From the NCBI GenBank assembly GCA_048213135.1, contig PS015109.1, positions 71,413-135,412 of the forward strand: a DNA stretch of 64,000 bases, given 5' to 3'. This document shows positions 1 to 13,700 of this stretch, piece after piece. The DNA is from Reclinomonas americana ATCC 50394 (lineage: Eukaryota). Every line of letters begins with the position of its first letter. The first letter of the stretch is position 1. The translations under genes were made by a program, and so were the position numbers. A model generated the notes under the pieces. It was not told where the DNA came from and did not search any database. It worked only from the letters and a program-made list of their open reading frames with translations.

Positions 1-3000
1 CAGTCGGCACACCCTCCACCGCCAAGAAGCCCGTGCTGAGCCACATGCCGTACTGGTTGGCCAGCATCCACTTCGGGTACTGGTAGACAGGAACCAGTGC
101 GCGCACCGGCACATACGGAGTCGCTGGCACCGGGGTGCTCAGCTTGGCCACCGCAGCAGCCAACTCGGCGAAACGCTTGGCCGACACCGCAAACGCGCCG
201 TCGCCGTCGGTGACGTACAGCCAGCCGAGCGAGTACTGCACGGCGAGAGAAGCCGCACGGTTCACGTCGGCAGCTGTTGCCGGGGCTGAGTTGACAAAGG
301 CCGCCAGGTGCTCGCGGTACTTGGAGGTGAACTGCGCCGGCTGCGTGCCAGTCACAAAGTTGGCGTACGAGTCGTCAAAGATGACGAAAATGTCGGCCGT
401 CAGCTGACTCAGGTGAGCCGGCAGCAAGCCGGCCGCCGCGTCGGCCACATTGGCAATCGACAGGTCGAGGTTCGTGGAGGTGCGCACCAGCGCAGAGAGC
501 GCCTGCAGGTACGAGACCGAGCCGGCCGCCGAGGCGTCGACGTTGTCATAGTAGACACCGAGTACGTTCCAGTTGGCATTCAGGCTGGTGATCAGCGCCT
601 GCACGTCCGACTGTGCCACCGTGTTGCCGTTCGTGTCAATGCGCACTACCAGCTTGATGCCGGCACGCACAGCCAGACGAATGGCGTGCTCCCACAGGGG
701 CGACGGCTTGGGCATGGCGGTAATGTCGGGGTTGATCACGGCAATGATCTCGGTCTCTGCGTTGCCGGCGCGGTCAATCAGCGACTGCCAGGAGGCTGAC
801 AGCGCGCCATTGGCCTGGAGAGTCGGAGCTGCGGGAGAGGGAGAAGGAGGAGTTAAGCGACGCGCTATGGAAAAGTAGAAGTACCTCTTCTCTGGTCTCA
901 CCTTCGAAGAGCGGCACGAGAATGCGGGTGACCGGAAGAATGCTGTTCACCGCCGGTGGTTGCACATTGGAGGCCGCCACATCGGCAACGAGTGCCGTCG
1001 CCAATGTGTTGTTGCCGTTGTGGGCGTCCGAGGTGACAAACACGTTGCCGATGCCAAGCTCGCGCGCCAGCGGCAGCGCATCCGACGTGGCAGTCGCAGA
1101 ACGCACCAAGGCAGCAAAGCGTGCCGGCGCGTAGTCGGCAAAGAAGCTCGGCGGCGTGTAGGACTTGAAGGTGTCGGCAGTGCCGTCAAACACGACAAAC
1201 TTGTCGGCGGTGGGATTGCGCAGGTGCGACTCGGCGAGACCCGAGGTGACTGCGTTGCCAATGACGGCGCAAGTGGCGCACGCCGTCTTGATATACGTGG
1301 TGAGCGCCAGCGCATCATCGTACGCCGCCGCAGAGGCGTCCAAGTTGTCCAAGTAGATGCCGTCCAGCGACGGAGACGCCAGCGACAGCCACGAGTCAAT
1401 GTCTTGCAGCACCAGGGTGTGGTTGCGAGCGCCGCCATTCGTGTCCACGTATCCGAGGATCGACACGCTGCCGTCGAGAGCCGCCAGCGCCGCGTTCCAG
1501 TCGGTGTTGTTGAAGAGTGCTGTCGGACCGTCGACCGGGTTCACAATGGCTGTCACAAGCGCGCCAGTCGCGGCATCAGCAGCCGCGGCCAGCGAGGTGA
1601 AGGCGTCGAGCGACACAGCCGGGTCGGCATCAATCGGCACCAACACGCTGGAGGTGAAGAACTTGCGGCTGCTGGCCAGCTTGTTGCCGTACGAGGCGTG
1701 CGCGACTTGAGCCGCCAGATGCGACGGCAGTTGCAAAAAGGCCGTACCCGAGGTCTCGCTGGTCACAAACACGTTGCCAATCTTGCGCGAGCGCGCCAGA
1801 TCGAGGGCGTGGCGCGCCTGACCAGCGTCGGCCGTCGAGTGCACAATGGCCGCGAAACGGTCCGACGCGAAGCCGTCCGCCAGACTCTGCTGCACCTGGA
1901 AGGTCTCCCAGGCGGCGGCAGTGCCCTGTTACAAAAAGAGACGGAATTTTCACCAGCAATGAGCAACAAGAAGGGAGAGAAGAGTGGACGGGGACGGTAG
2001 GGTGCGTACCGTAAACACGACGAAAATGTCGGCGGCCGGGGCGTTGAGGTGCGCCGCCGTCAGCTGCTGTCCCGACACGTCGATGGCGAGGCGCTTCAGG
2101 GTCTTGGAGTTGCGCACCGCCTCATAAATGTCGTGCAGAGCGGCGGCACTGGTAGCAGTCAGGTCGACACCGGCGAGGAAAATGCCATCAAAGTAGGCCG
2201 AGTTGTCGGCCGCCGTAATGTCGGCTGCAATGGCCGACGCCGTGCGGGTGGACGAACCGTCGACGGAGCGGAACAGCGCCACCTTGGCCGCACGCAGGTC
2301 GCGGATAGCGTCAACCTCTGCCACCGCCGGTGACATGGCCGCCGGAGTGAACGACAGCACGGCCGCGGTCGGCAGGTGAGCCGCCGCCTTGGCCACGCCC
2401 AGGAAGAAGCCGTAGGTGGCGACGGCAGACGGGGTCGGGGTGGCATTGATCGGAGCCAGCAGAGAGAGCTGGGTCGGCGGCGCAGGAGGAAGGACGGGAT
2501 TCGTGGCGGGCGGAGTGGCCAGGGCCGGTGGCACCTGGTCGTTGCACTCGGCCGGCACGGTCCACACCTTCAGGTCGGCGATTGCGGTCGAGGCCTCCTC
2601 CGCCGACGTTTGGCACACAAAGCTGTTGCCGGTGATGCTGTTGCTGACAATGGTGCAAGCGGAAGAGAGGCTCATCTTGTTCTTGACTGCCAGGTTGTTG
2701 GGGCGCGCCGAGTTGTCCTGCTTCTCAAAGAAGCCGCCCTTGATGGTCACCAACTGACCGCCATTGACGCTGCCTTGGCGCGGATAAATGTCGACCACAT
2801 CGAGCTTGGCAAAGTAGAGGATCGCCGGGTTCGGTGCAGCCGCGCCAGCAGAGCGCACGCTCAGGCCCACGTTGTAGAGGCCAGGGTTCTGCGCCGGCAG
2901 CGTGCACTTGACGACGGTTGCCGTTGCGCTCGTGACGGCACACGTGGAGGAACCAATGGTGATGACGTTATTCTCCGGGTGCACCGCATCAAAGCCGGTG

Positions 3001-6000
3001 CCGGTGAAGGTCAGCGCCGAGTCGTCGGCCGCCGAGCTCACCGCCGGCGAAATCGACGTCAGTGACGGTGTGGCGGCAGCGGTATACGAGAACGTGGAGC
3101 CCGTCGGCAGCGGCGTCGAGTTGCGGATTGTCACGTACACGGCCAGATCGGCCTGCGCGGCGCCGGTCGAGCTGGCCGGCGTCAGGCACACGAATTGCTG
3201 CAGCGACGGCGTGCCCGTCACGGTGCACTTGGGACCGGTGGTGGTGCCAATGGTGACGACAATGTCGGCCGGATTGGTGGAGAATGCCGAACCGGAAATG
3301 AGAAGCGGCGTGCCGCCGTAGATCGAGCCGGTGGACGGCGACATGGAGCCGATCGAGGCCTCATACGAGTGTGTAATGGTGCTGGTGGCAAAGCCGTAGG
3401 GAGACACCAGAACCTGCACGGTGTGCTGGCCGGCGGGCAGCGCGTTCGGGGTGACAAACGTGATGGTCACGTCGCCATTGGGGGCGACCGTGGTCGAGGT
3501 GATCTGGCACGGCACGCCACCCAACAGCACCGTATTCTCGGTGGGGTCCTCCGAGAAGGTGCCAGTGATGGTGCGCGTCTTGCCGGGGCCCGTGGTGGCC
3601 GCCGCACCCGACTCGCCAGTGCTCGTCGCCACCGGAGTGAGTGCCGGCAGGTAGCTGAACTGGCAGCTGGTGATGTCGGAGCAGGAGCCGAGCACGCCAT
3701 TGACCGTGGCGCGCACCTGCGGCACAGGCGACACCCACTCCAGCTGCTCGCTGTTGACCAGCATGAAATTGTCGAAACTGCCCTGGTATTCCTCCGTGGC
3801 CAGAGCCGAGGCCTGGAATCCTTGCTGTGCAGCGGGGAAGGAAGAAGTGGGGATGAGTGGGAGGTGAAGGTGGGAGGAGAGGAGAAGAAAAAGAAAGAGA
3901 TGCAGAAAAAGGAAGAAAACCAAGCTTCACTATCCCCTTTCACCCCTCCCGACAACTCACCAGTGTGGTACCGTCGACCGTCAGCAACTCCACGTCGCCG
4001 AGCAAGTCCTCGAAGATGATGCGATAGGTGAGGAGCTCGCGTGAGTTGCCCCACTTGCTGACGGACACGTTGCCGACGGTGCTGAGCTTGCTCTCCATGA
4101 GCACCTCCAACTGCTCCGGGCGCACGTCGTAGCTGATGCCGCTGAGCGTGTCGTCGCCAAAGGAGATGGACCAGGTGCCGGCCATGGGAGCCGACGGCGG
4201 AGATGGCTGCGAGCAGGTGCAAGTGACACCGGCAGAGAAGCTGAAGCCGCTGGCGGGACCGCACTGGAACACGGGGCGCGGGCTGTACTCGTTGACGAGG
4301 AAGGTGACCTCGATGGTGAGCAGGGCCTCGCCAGTGCTGGGATCCACAGAGGTGGCCTTGGAAACCGACACGTTGTTGACGGGCACGCCAACCACACCCG
4401 AGGGGAATTTGAGGGCCTCAATGGCCGCTTCAATGGCAGCAGTCGTCGAAGTCGGCAGAATAATCGCACTCTGCAGTCCGTCGTAGTAGAGGCGGATGCC
4501 GGTGGGATTGGTGCCGCGCACCACCACACGCTGCACCTCGCGGATGACAGTGACTTGCAGAGTGATGTCCTGCACCTCGCGGAAGTTGTCGCTGCGCGGC
4601 TGGTCCGAGGGCGAGCGGACCCACACCTTCAGGTACTCGTCGCCGTCGCCCTGCTGGTACGACACCTGTTCATAGGGAGGGGCGCAAGGGTGAGTGATGA
4701 GGGGAGGGGGAAAGGGGAAAGGGGAAAGGGGAGAAGAGAGAGGTAATGTCGAAAACGAAGTTGACAGAGATATACGGACACACACAAACACTCGTACAGA
4801 GAGCGAGAGAGAAGAGAATAAGTTCTTTTGCATCACCCTCTCTCTCTTTCTGCCCGCGCTACGCAACATCGATAAAGTAGGCTTTGGTGGCGTCCAGCGT
4901 CACCGTGGTGCGCTGACCCGTGCTGCTCAGAGGCCACGACTCGGCACCGTACGCGGTAAAGGTGGAGAGCACCGCCGACAACGGCGACTCATTCGAGTAA
5001 ATGGTCATGACGGCGTTGTCGTCGTGCTGCAGGTAGAACGTGTGCGGGCCGGATGCCAGCGGGCGGAAGATGCCGCGCACGCGAGAGGTGTAGCGCGTGG
5101 TACCGTACTGGAAGTCGAGGCTGCCGAGCCAAATGTCGTCAATGGTCGGCACGGCGTTGGCGGCCGGCAGGGTCGGTGCTGCAGCGTCGTTGGCGTACTG
5201 GTAGAACTGACGGCGCACACCGCGGCCACCCGAGTACTGCACGCCGGTCAACTGCTGCACGGACGAGAGAGGGCCGGTGCGACACACGATCTCATCATAG
5301 TCGACAGGGGTGGGGCGCGTCTGTCCGCGCGTCACCGACAGCACCGTGCACGGCGAGCCACTGACGTCGACCACCGCGTTCTCCGCGATCTTGGTGAAGC
5401 CGGATCCGTGGATGGTGAGCACGGTGCCGCCATTGGTGGAGCCAGCGGCCGGTTGCACGCTCGTAATGCGCGGCACAACGGCAAAGTCGTAGACCGTGCC
5501 CTTGCGGTTGTAGAGGACGTTGCGCGGGTTCTTGATGGCGTTGCCGTAGTTCTTGATGTTCATGTTGACGCGGTAGTAGCCGGCCTCGTTGTCTTGCACG
5601 CGGCAGCGCGGCTCGCCGTAGGTGTAGGAGCCGAGATTGTTGTTCATGTTGAGCGGCGAGTCGTGGAGACGATCCGCCGAGTTGAAAAAGTAGTTGAGAG
5701 ACCAGCCCTGCGAGACGCCGTTGGTGGTGTCGGCCAGCGGATTGTTCTGACCCATCGAGCACTGTCGGTCGCCGATGCTCATGTCGATAATGTTGTCAGG
5801 GGAGGAGGTGAAGACGCGGCCGCGGAATTTGACCAGGTCGCCAGCGGCGCCCGCCTGCGGGTGCGCGTTGTACAAAATGGGCGTGGCGCTGAAGGCGTAC
5901 TTGTATACACACATGCCGTTGGCGTCCTTGACGACGCAGTTGGCGTAGCGCTTGTGGTCGATTTGCACGAGGAGGTCCACCGGGGTCTAATAAAAGGGAA

Positions 6001-7451
6001 AGGGTGAGATGAAAGGCGGAGAAGGGGAGGGACGGAGGGAGGGAGGGAGGGGAGGAGGATGATTGAGCAGAGAGCAAAGAAGTGAAAGGAGTGACGTGCG
6101 TATTGGGAGAGTGAGTGAGTGTGTGTGTGTGTGAGAGAGAAAGAGAGAGAGAGAGTGATACTGAAACGCAACATTGGTGTCCTTGCCCGGCGGCGCCATG
6201 CAGACAATTTGGTAAAAGCTGCTGTAGTGATGCATGGCCATGCACGGCTTGCCATCGATCCACACCTCATTCTGCAGGAGACATGGGGAAAATTGAGTGC
6301 CACGAATGAGGAAGACATGACAGAGGGAGAAACACATTACGCAACTGCACCCTGGTAGGTGTCGTCGAGCGAAAAGTTGTCGCCGGCGATCGTCAGCCAC
6401 GTGCCGCCAGCAACGGAACCTATGAATTGGAAAGAGAAGGGTGAATGTCACGGAGGAAAAATGGGGGTCGAGGGGAGGCGAGAGAGACTCACCGACAGTG
6501 GGCGTAATGAGCGTAATGTGAGGGTTGATGTCCTGCAACGAGAGCACAAGGTGAGGAAAATGAAGGGGAAGAGAGCGAGAGAAAGAAGGGAGACAAGGAA
6601 GCAATCAAAGTGAATTCCACCGTGTACAATGAAATACAGCAAAGAGCGGAAACGAGTTGACGTGCGCGCAATGGAGTGCGGATCAATGAGTGCAAAGTCG
6701 ATAACAAGTGCACAAAAAGGCACAGAAAAGTAAAAGAGGATGGAGAAGAGCAAGGAAGAGAAGAGGAAGAGGAGAGAGCAACTCGGGCACGAAAGTTGCA
6801 AAATACACACATGCGCAGAAACGAGGTGTAAAGTAGAGAGAAAGACCAACAAAAAAAGTGGAGCACCACGAGAATAGCGAGAGGAGTTGAAGTCCCTCGC
6901 GTGGAGTGCGGATCCATGAATGAGTGGAATAAATCGACAACAAGAGCATCATGACCGCATGTGCGACAAAAAAAGACACAGAGACGCGCAGAGACGAATG
7001 AGTGAGAGAAGAAGAGGAAGAGGAGTGAACAACTCGCGCACAAAAAACACAAAAATGTGTGAAGCACAGAAAACAAACGCGCGCGCACACACACATAAAC
7101 AACAAAGAAAGAAAGAGAGTGAGAAGAGAGAAGAAGAGAGAAGAGCAATAAAAGGAGGGTGCACAAGTCGGAGTCGGGTGAAGGAAAATTCACCCGCGAC
7201 TCATCAATACACAATGTGCATGTCTTTTCTCTCTCTCCCTCACTCACCATTTGATCCAACTGGTCATCGCCCTTGCCGGAACCCGACACCGACAAGGCTA
7301 AAGACAAACAGAGAGAGAGAGAGAGAGTCAGTGACAAAAAAAAGTTGACTTTGTGTGTGTGTGTGTGAGTGTGTGTGTTTGTCTCACCGAGTGTGAGCAG
7401 CACCAGCAACGCTGCAACAAGCGCGACAACACGAGTTGTTGTCGTCATCAT
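1..7451 (-). CDS. Large secreted/surface protein, fibrocystin-L (PKHD1L1)-like N-terminus (TIG/IPT, PA14, further TIG domains) followed by tandem spherulin-4/GH135-like domains; multi-exon, 3' end beyond the left edge
   Basis: Signal peptide MMTTTTRVVALVAALLVLLTLG at 7451-7388. Spliced exons give TIG motifs (ITLITPTVGSVAGGTWLTIAGDNF; PRITSVQPAAGSTNGGTVLTIHGSGF; PSTGSIYGGTPLLISGSAF; PRQGSVNGGQLVTIKGGFF) and a PA14-like segment (YTSRVRGIFRPLASGPHTFYLQHDDNAV...YFIDVSYQQGDG). Spherulin-4-like motifs follow (AIVNPVDGP, ILGYVDT, LDGIYLDN, GIGNVFVT). GT-AG introns such as 829-901 and 1926-2009 keep the frame. Confidence 0.85.
6640..7080. repeat. Imperfect intronic tandem duplication (~230-250 bp unit, 2 copies)
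   Basis: GGAGTGCGGATC occurs at ~6673 and ~6903, and GAAGAGGAAGAGGAG...CAACTCG at ~6760 and ~7011. Confidence 0.7.
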
Positions 7452-8820
7452 TATGTGTCAAAGAAGAAAGAGGGGAAAAAAGTGTACAAAAAAGTGTCTT
7501 CTTTCGTGTCACACACTTTACACACACGCGCGCGCTCGCAAGTAGTACTGTCGCACTTACTACTTGTGCTCGCTTGTGAGAAGGTGGTTTGCGCTCACGG
7601 AGATGCACACAAAAGAATTTTGGATTGTCCGTGTGCGCGACCACCTGCTGCAACCGACTCCCAATAAACAATACGCGCTCTCACTGCAACTCACTCATTG
7701 TGTGGCCTTCCCTTGTGCGCGCGCTCTTCTCTCTCGTTGTGTGTTCTGCTCTCTCTCATGGCGTCTGTCTGCAGCTTCATGTTTGTGTGTGCGTCGTGCG
7801 CGTTTACGATGAGACATGTGCTTTTTCCTTTTGCAGTCGTCACTCGTGTCCGAATCGTTGCATTGGCGAACTTATACTCATCAAAGCTCGGAGCTCGCTC
7901 ACGTGCAGTTGAGTGCACACATAGACAACAACGGCAAGTCGGGCTGCGGTGCTTGCGTGGTGCTTTTTTATTGGTGTGTCGGAGCACGTATGACTCCGGA
8001 TCCGGATCCGAACAGATGCTGTTTTTGGCATTTCTCGCCGCTCTCTCTTTTCTCTGTTTTTTCTGTTTTGCGTGTCTTCTGCCCCGGGCTTCCAGCATAC
8101 GTTCCTCCTGCTTATTCTCACTCTCTGCAGCTCTGTGTGCTGCCCCAGCCTCGGCTTTTTCGCGATCGATTTTGGAGTGGTCCACTCTCTCACTCTCTCG
8201 CTTGCACGCGCCGCCTCCTCTCGCTCGCCCTCCGGAAGCATGCATGCGAGAGGTGTGCAATGTGGCCTTCATACAAGCACGAGTTCCCCGGCACCGCAGT
8301 GAGTTCCATTTTTAGGCATGGACTCGCGATCGTCCAGCCGCGCGCCTGTCTCGCCCCACTCCCTCCCTTTCCCTCTCACACACACGCGTGTACCTCCTTC
8401 AGCGGCTCCCCCGCATAGCACACGCGTGCGTTGTGTGCATGCAGGCGCAGCTGCGTTGTTCCGCACACCGGAAGACGACTTTTTCCATTGGTTTCTCCTG
8501 TTTTGGCACTCTCGCACAAATGCGTGTGTCTTTATTCACCCTCACTCACACGCACACACGCCCTCGTGACATGAGCATACGCACATCACGGATGCATGCA
8601 TATGTGCCCGCGCACGCCATCCCAAGTGCGTTCCTTCCTTTTTTGACCAACCATGCGTGCCTGTATTGCGTCTCTCCTCTCTTCTCGCTCGCGTGCACCT
8701 CCTGTTGTCATCCCGAGTCACGCACTCGCACTCTGCTCGTTGCGTTTGGGAGGCGAGTCGTTGCACAAGAGCCGTTTCCTATATCGACCGATATGCCAAC
8801 CACCTAATTTACGTATTTAT

Positions 8821-11372
8821 CTATTGTTGTTGTTGCTGCTGCTGTTGCTGCTGCTGCTGTTGTTGTTGTCGCCACAACGCCGCCACCTCCTTCACCGACT
8901 CTGAAAATTCGCGTCGCTCCTCCAGCACGCGATCGAGCACCAATCGCTTGAGGTTCTCCCGGCCGAGCCCATACTCAAAGCCGACATAATTCTGGTGCAC
9001 AAACACCGGTGTCTCGGCCACACTCCACGGCTCCCGACGCAAGTACACCTTGGAGTTGGCAAAGAGAATGCGGTCCATGACACGCACTGTCACGCGACGC
9101 GCATTGCTACTGTCCACGCGCAGTGCATGCTCGTTGAATGCCTGCTGATCCCACTTGCGCTCGACACGCAGCGTGTCGGCCACGGCCTCCAGCAACGTCA
9201 GCGTCTCTGGCGAGGCGCGTACGAGAAAGAAGCCGGCGTTCAGCAACACGTAGTGCAGCTGTCGCTCCAGGGGGTGGTACTTGAACGGCTGCGTGGTCGA
9301 GTCGATCATGGTCCACTCGTCGAGTCCATAGGCGGTCACGTCCGACCACCCGTCGGTGCTGCACTCGATCGAGCTGTCGCGATGCAGCAGTGGGAACGGG
9401 TCGCGCAGGAACACAATGTCGGTGTCGGAGAGGAGTGGGTTGAAGCCGAGGCGCACGATGCGGGCCAGCAGCGCCCACTTGAAGGAGGAGACCATTTGGC
9501 GGCGGTCGTGATAGCCGGCCACGGAGGGGGGTTGCTGGATGGAGGGGAAAGGGAGAGAGGAGAGGAGAGGCAAAGGTTGAGAGGCTTTGTGGCAACCCCA
9601 CAATCAAGCGAAGGAAGTGGAATGCAGAGGAGGAGCGCAGCGACACATCCACCGTCAACGGCCACAGGCGAGCCATCAAGTTACGGAGGTGAGGAAGAGA
9701 CAGAAAACGTGAATGCAGAGGAGTAGCAGCACAGCGACACATCCACCGTCACGTGAGGAAAGTGATCACGATAAGAGAGACATACAACGTGAACGAAGCG
9801 GAGGAGTTGCACAGCGACACACGCAATCAACCCCACCATTGATGGCCACAGGCGAGCCATCATCAAGCGACAGAAGTGATAAGAGAGGCAGACAATGTGC
9901 ATGCCGAGAAGGAGTCGCACTGATGGCATCGTTCCACAATCGACAAGTCGCACGTCGAAGAGCAAAGTCTCTTGAAATGCACCACACTCACACTGCCAGC
10001 AGCAAGAGGTCGAAAAGCGAGAGAACGGCGCACAGAGGAGTGGGATGATCCAGGAAACGCAGCTTGAGGACCAAGACACGGTCACACACATAAGCAACAC
10101 GAGAATGGTGAGAGTGTTTGCGACGGCCTATTGCCAAACGCGCCACCATCAGATATGACAACATGAACACCAAGGTCCTCTCCCGAGGGCGCCACCATAA
10201 GTAGAACACAGCCAGCACACAATAGGATTGCAGAGTGAAGGACAGGCAGCATCCATCTATCAAGCCGTGCCACCCTCCCACGCACCACTCTCACAAATCC
10301 CACAGACTGTCGACGGCAATAGTCGGCACACGCGTCGTCCAGCGCCAGCACCATCAGGTTCTGAATGCCGGCGGTGCGTGCCGATTCGATCCACATGGGC
10401 AGCATGGGTTCGCCGCCACCGCCCCCGTGCTCGGCGCCGATAAAGTTCTTATCGGACATGGTGATCAGCACCTCCTGGTGCTCGTTGGCCACCGACTGCA
10501 ACACCGTCAGCAGGTCGGCGTCCTGCGTGCGCGAAACACGCTGTGAGGCTCATGATGTGGCACATTCATCTCCCTATGAAGCAACGCAACACCGGTCGTG
10601 TCCTTCTCGTCGACCGCCACGCACCGCGAAACGGCGCGCCGCGCTTCACTCATCGACGGCAGAGTCACCGGCTTAGCGGCCGGCAACGCCGCCGGTGTGG
10701 ACGGCGACGCAGAGATGGTGGCGCCGTCGGTGAAGACAGCCTGCATGCATGCCGCACGCGACGCAATGTCCTTGCGACCGGGTCGCACCGCCTGACAGTG
10801 CACGGCTACGGGCACCGACGCACGCGAACCCACCAGTGACTTGTCAAAGAACGATGTCGCGGTGCGGTAGCGTGACCAGGCGAGCTGCGACACCGAGAGG
10901 CGCGGATACCGTGGAAACACGGGGGAAGCCGGGCGCAGAACGGCGGCCGTCAGCGCCTCGGTTTCCACCACTTGCTGGCGAGCGAGTCGATCGCGCACCA
11001 TGCGGAGGAACTGTGTGCAGGCGGCAAAGTGAGAGTCAGGAAGAGAAGCGCAGGGACGCGAAGAGAGCGATAATGCAAAGGGAATGAGAGTGCACGCTGC
11101 AAGAGAATTGCAGTGACATGAAGGGAGCGCAGCAGTAGAACAGAGAGAATGAGAGTGCACGGTTGAAGTGATATCGAACACACACAAAGGAAAAAGCAGA
11201 GCGATATGGCTTGCTGAGCGCAACTCGACACCAAAGACACAAGCAAGCAGAGCCATCGTCTACACGATGACTTGTGCAACAGCAAGGTGACACAGAGTGA
11301 CTACTTGCTGAACGATCCAGGTAAAGTATGCACAGTTATCGCCCACTCACTCTCTCTCAAAGAAAGAGAAAC

Positions 11373-11413
<41 letters not shown>

Positions 11414-11415
11414 CG

Positions 11416-11447
<32 letters not shown>

Positions 11448-11640
11448 ACTACTAACTACTAACTACGTACTACGTAACTACGTACTACTACGTACTACTA
11501 CGTACGTACGTACNNNNNNNNNNNNNNNNNNNNAGTACGACAGAGTAGACGTACTTAGTCTGAACGAAGTACCACGGTAAAGGTAAGTTAGTCACACGTT
11601 ATTACGTCCCACCTCACTCTCTCTCAAAAAGAAGAAACAA

Positions 11641-11678
<38 letters not shown>

Positions 11679-13234
11679 CAAGATAGAAAAGCAAATTTCT
11701 CCCTCTCAAAGAAAGAGAACTCTCTCTCTGTCAATTAATGAGAAGCGAGTCTCTCTGTCTCCAAAGAAAGAGAAGCGAGTATCTCTCTCTCATCAGGCAA
11801 GAGAAGCGACTATCTCTCTCTGTCTCTCAAAGAAAAGAGACTTCGCCTTCATGACCAGAGAGTGACGACATTCGGCGATACTATCCACTTCTCCATGTCC
11901 ACAACCAACTTCCCCCATCATCACCTTTGTCGCCCGCGGACTCGACCTCCACACCATCACTCCCGGATCGAGGTGCGTAAACCACACCTCCATGGGTGGC
12001 GTGAAGGCCGGATCCGACGTGAACTTGAACTCGGGTCGCGCCGCCTCCGCCGTGTGCGACGAGCTCACCACACGCAAGTCCACACTCATGTCGCCGTCGG
12101 CCGACGCCAGCGGATTCGACAGCCACGCACAATCCGTGTCACTGTAGAACACGTGATAGCCGTGCTCCAGCAGCGCGGCGAGCGACGCATACTTGGCCAG
12201 CAGCCGTCGCTGCGTCGGATTCGCCAGCGCGCGTCCCTCTGCGCGCGATGACACTCCCAGCTGCTCCGGTGTCACATACGGCACCTTCTTGCGCCGACAG
12301 TACTCCACCGCGCTCCCATCCACCGCCACCACCAGCTGATTGGTGATGCCCACACGCTGCGTGCCCAGCAGCCAGCCCAACAACAGCGGCTCATCGTCCA
12401 CCACCGAGCGATCGGCCACCGTCACAAACAAGCGATAGTCGTTGTCTGCCGCGGCACTCAACACGTTCACCGCCGCCGCAGCGCGACCCTGCCGACGCCA
12501 CGCCTCCTCCACACTGTCCATGTGCACAAACTCGCACACCGCCGACGCCAGTACCTCAGTCAGACGACTGCGTGAGAGTGTTTCCTCCGCATCCTCACGC
12601 GCGCGACTGCCGCAGGAGGACGAGTCCTCGAATGTCCACTGTGCGCTCTCTAAGCTGCGTCGCGCCTGTCGCAGTTCCTCCACCAGGGCGAGCTCCTATA
12701 CAGAAAATGGGTGAGGGAGAAGGGAAGGGTGAACGGGAGGTACAGGGAAGGGTGCAGGGATGGATCTAGTCGTGATCAGTGGAAGGATAAGGGTACGGGT
12801 GAACGGTAGCACCAAGGGAAGGGTGAAGGAAAGGATGAGTGGAAGGGTGAACGGAAGCGCCAAGGGAAGGGTGGGTGGGAGGGATGAGTAGAAGGGTGAC
12901 TTGAAAGAGTGGAAAGGTGACTGGAAGGATAAGCGGAAGGATGAGAGTGGGCAGGTGAAGGGCAGGGTGAGTGGAATGGATGAGGGTGGAAAGGTGAAGG
13001 GAAGGATCAATAAAAGAACACGTGATCAGTGGAAGGATAGGGGAAAGGGTGAAGGGAAGGGTGAAGGGAAGGGTGAAGGGAAGAGTGAGTGGAAGGATAG
13101 GGAAGGATGAGCTCTTGTGAGTGGAGGGATGAGTGAAGCTCATCTTCATCTCCTTCTTCTTGTGCTGCAGCAGCACCTGCTGCTGTTCTCACACTTCGCC
13201 TCCCAGCTGTTCTCTGTTTCTCTGTCTCTCTCTG

Positions 13235-13289
<55 letters not shown>

Positions 13290-13515
13290 GTACGTAACCG
13301 GTACGGTACCGGTAACGGTACGGTACGTACGGTACGGTACGGTACGGTACGNNNNNNNNNNNNNNNNNNNNNNNNNNNNNNNNNNNNNNNNNNNNNNNNN
13401 NNNNNNNNNNNNNNNNNNNNNNNNNNNNNNNNNNNNNNNNNNNNNNNNNNNNNNNNNNNNNNNNNNNNNNNNNNNNNNNNNNNNNNNNNNNNNNNNNNNN
13501 NCTCGTCTCTCTCTC

Positions 13516-13608
<93 letters not shown>

Positions 13609-13635
13609 CTCTCCGTCGTCTCGTCGTGTCGTCTC

Positions 13636-13700
<65 letters not shown>

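Noticed and set aside
135-6007. Long plus-strand ORFs opposite the TIG/GH135 gene
   Set aside because: Antisense shadows caused by high GC3 codon bias.
7452-8820. Several 80-200 aa ORFs between the TIG and GT77 genes
   Set aside because: Low-complexity, no motifs and no consistent splice structure; treated as intergenic or UTR.
11410-11610. TAC/GTAC low-complexity run beside an N gap, with duplicated flanks (~11340-11400 versus ~11610-11670)
   Set aside because: Matches TACG flow-order noise at pyrosequencing read ends after CT runs; assembly artefact, not a telomere or satellite.
13285-13351. (GGTAC)n repeat before a gap
   Set aside because: Same read-end artefact pattern.
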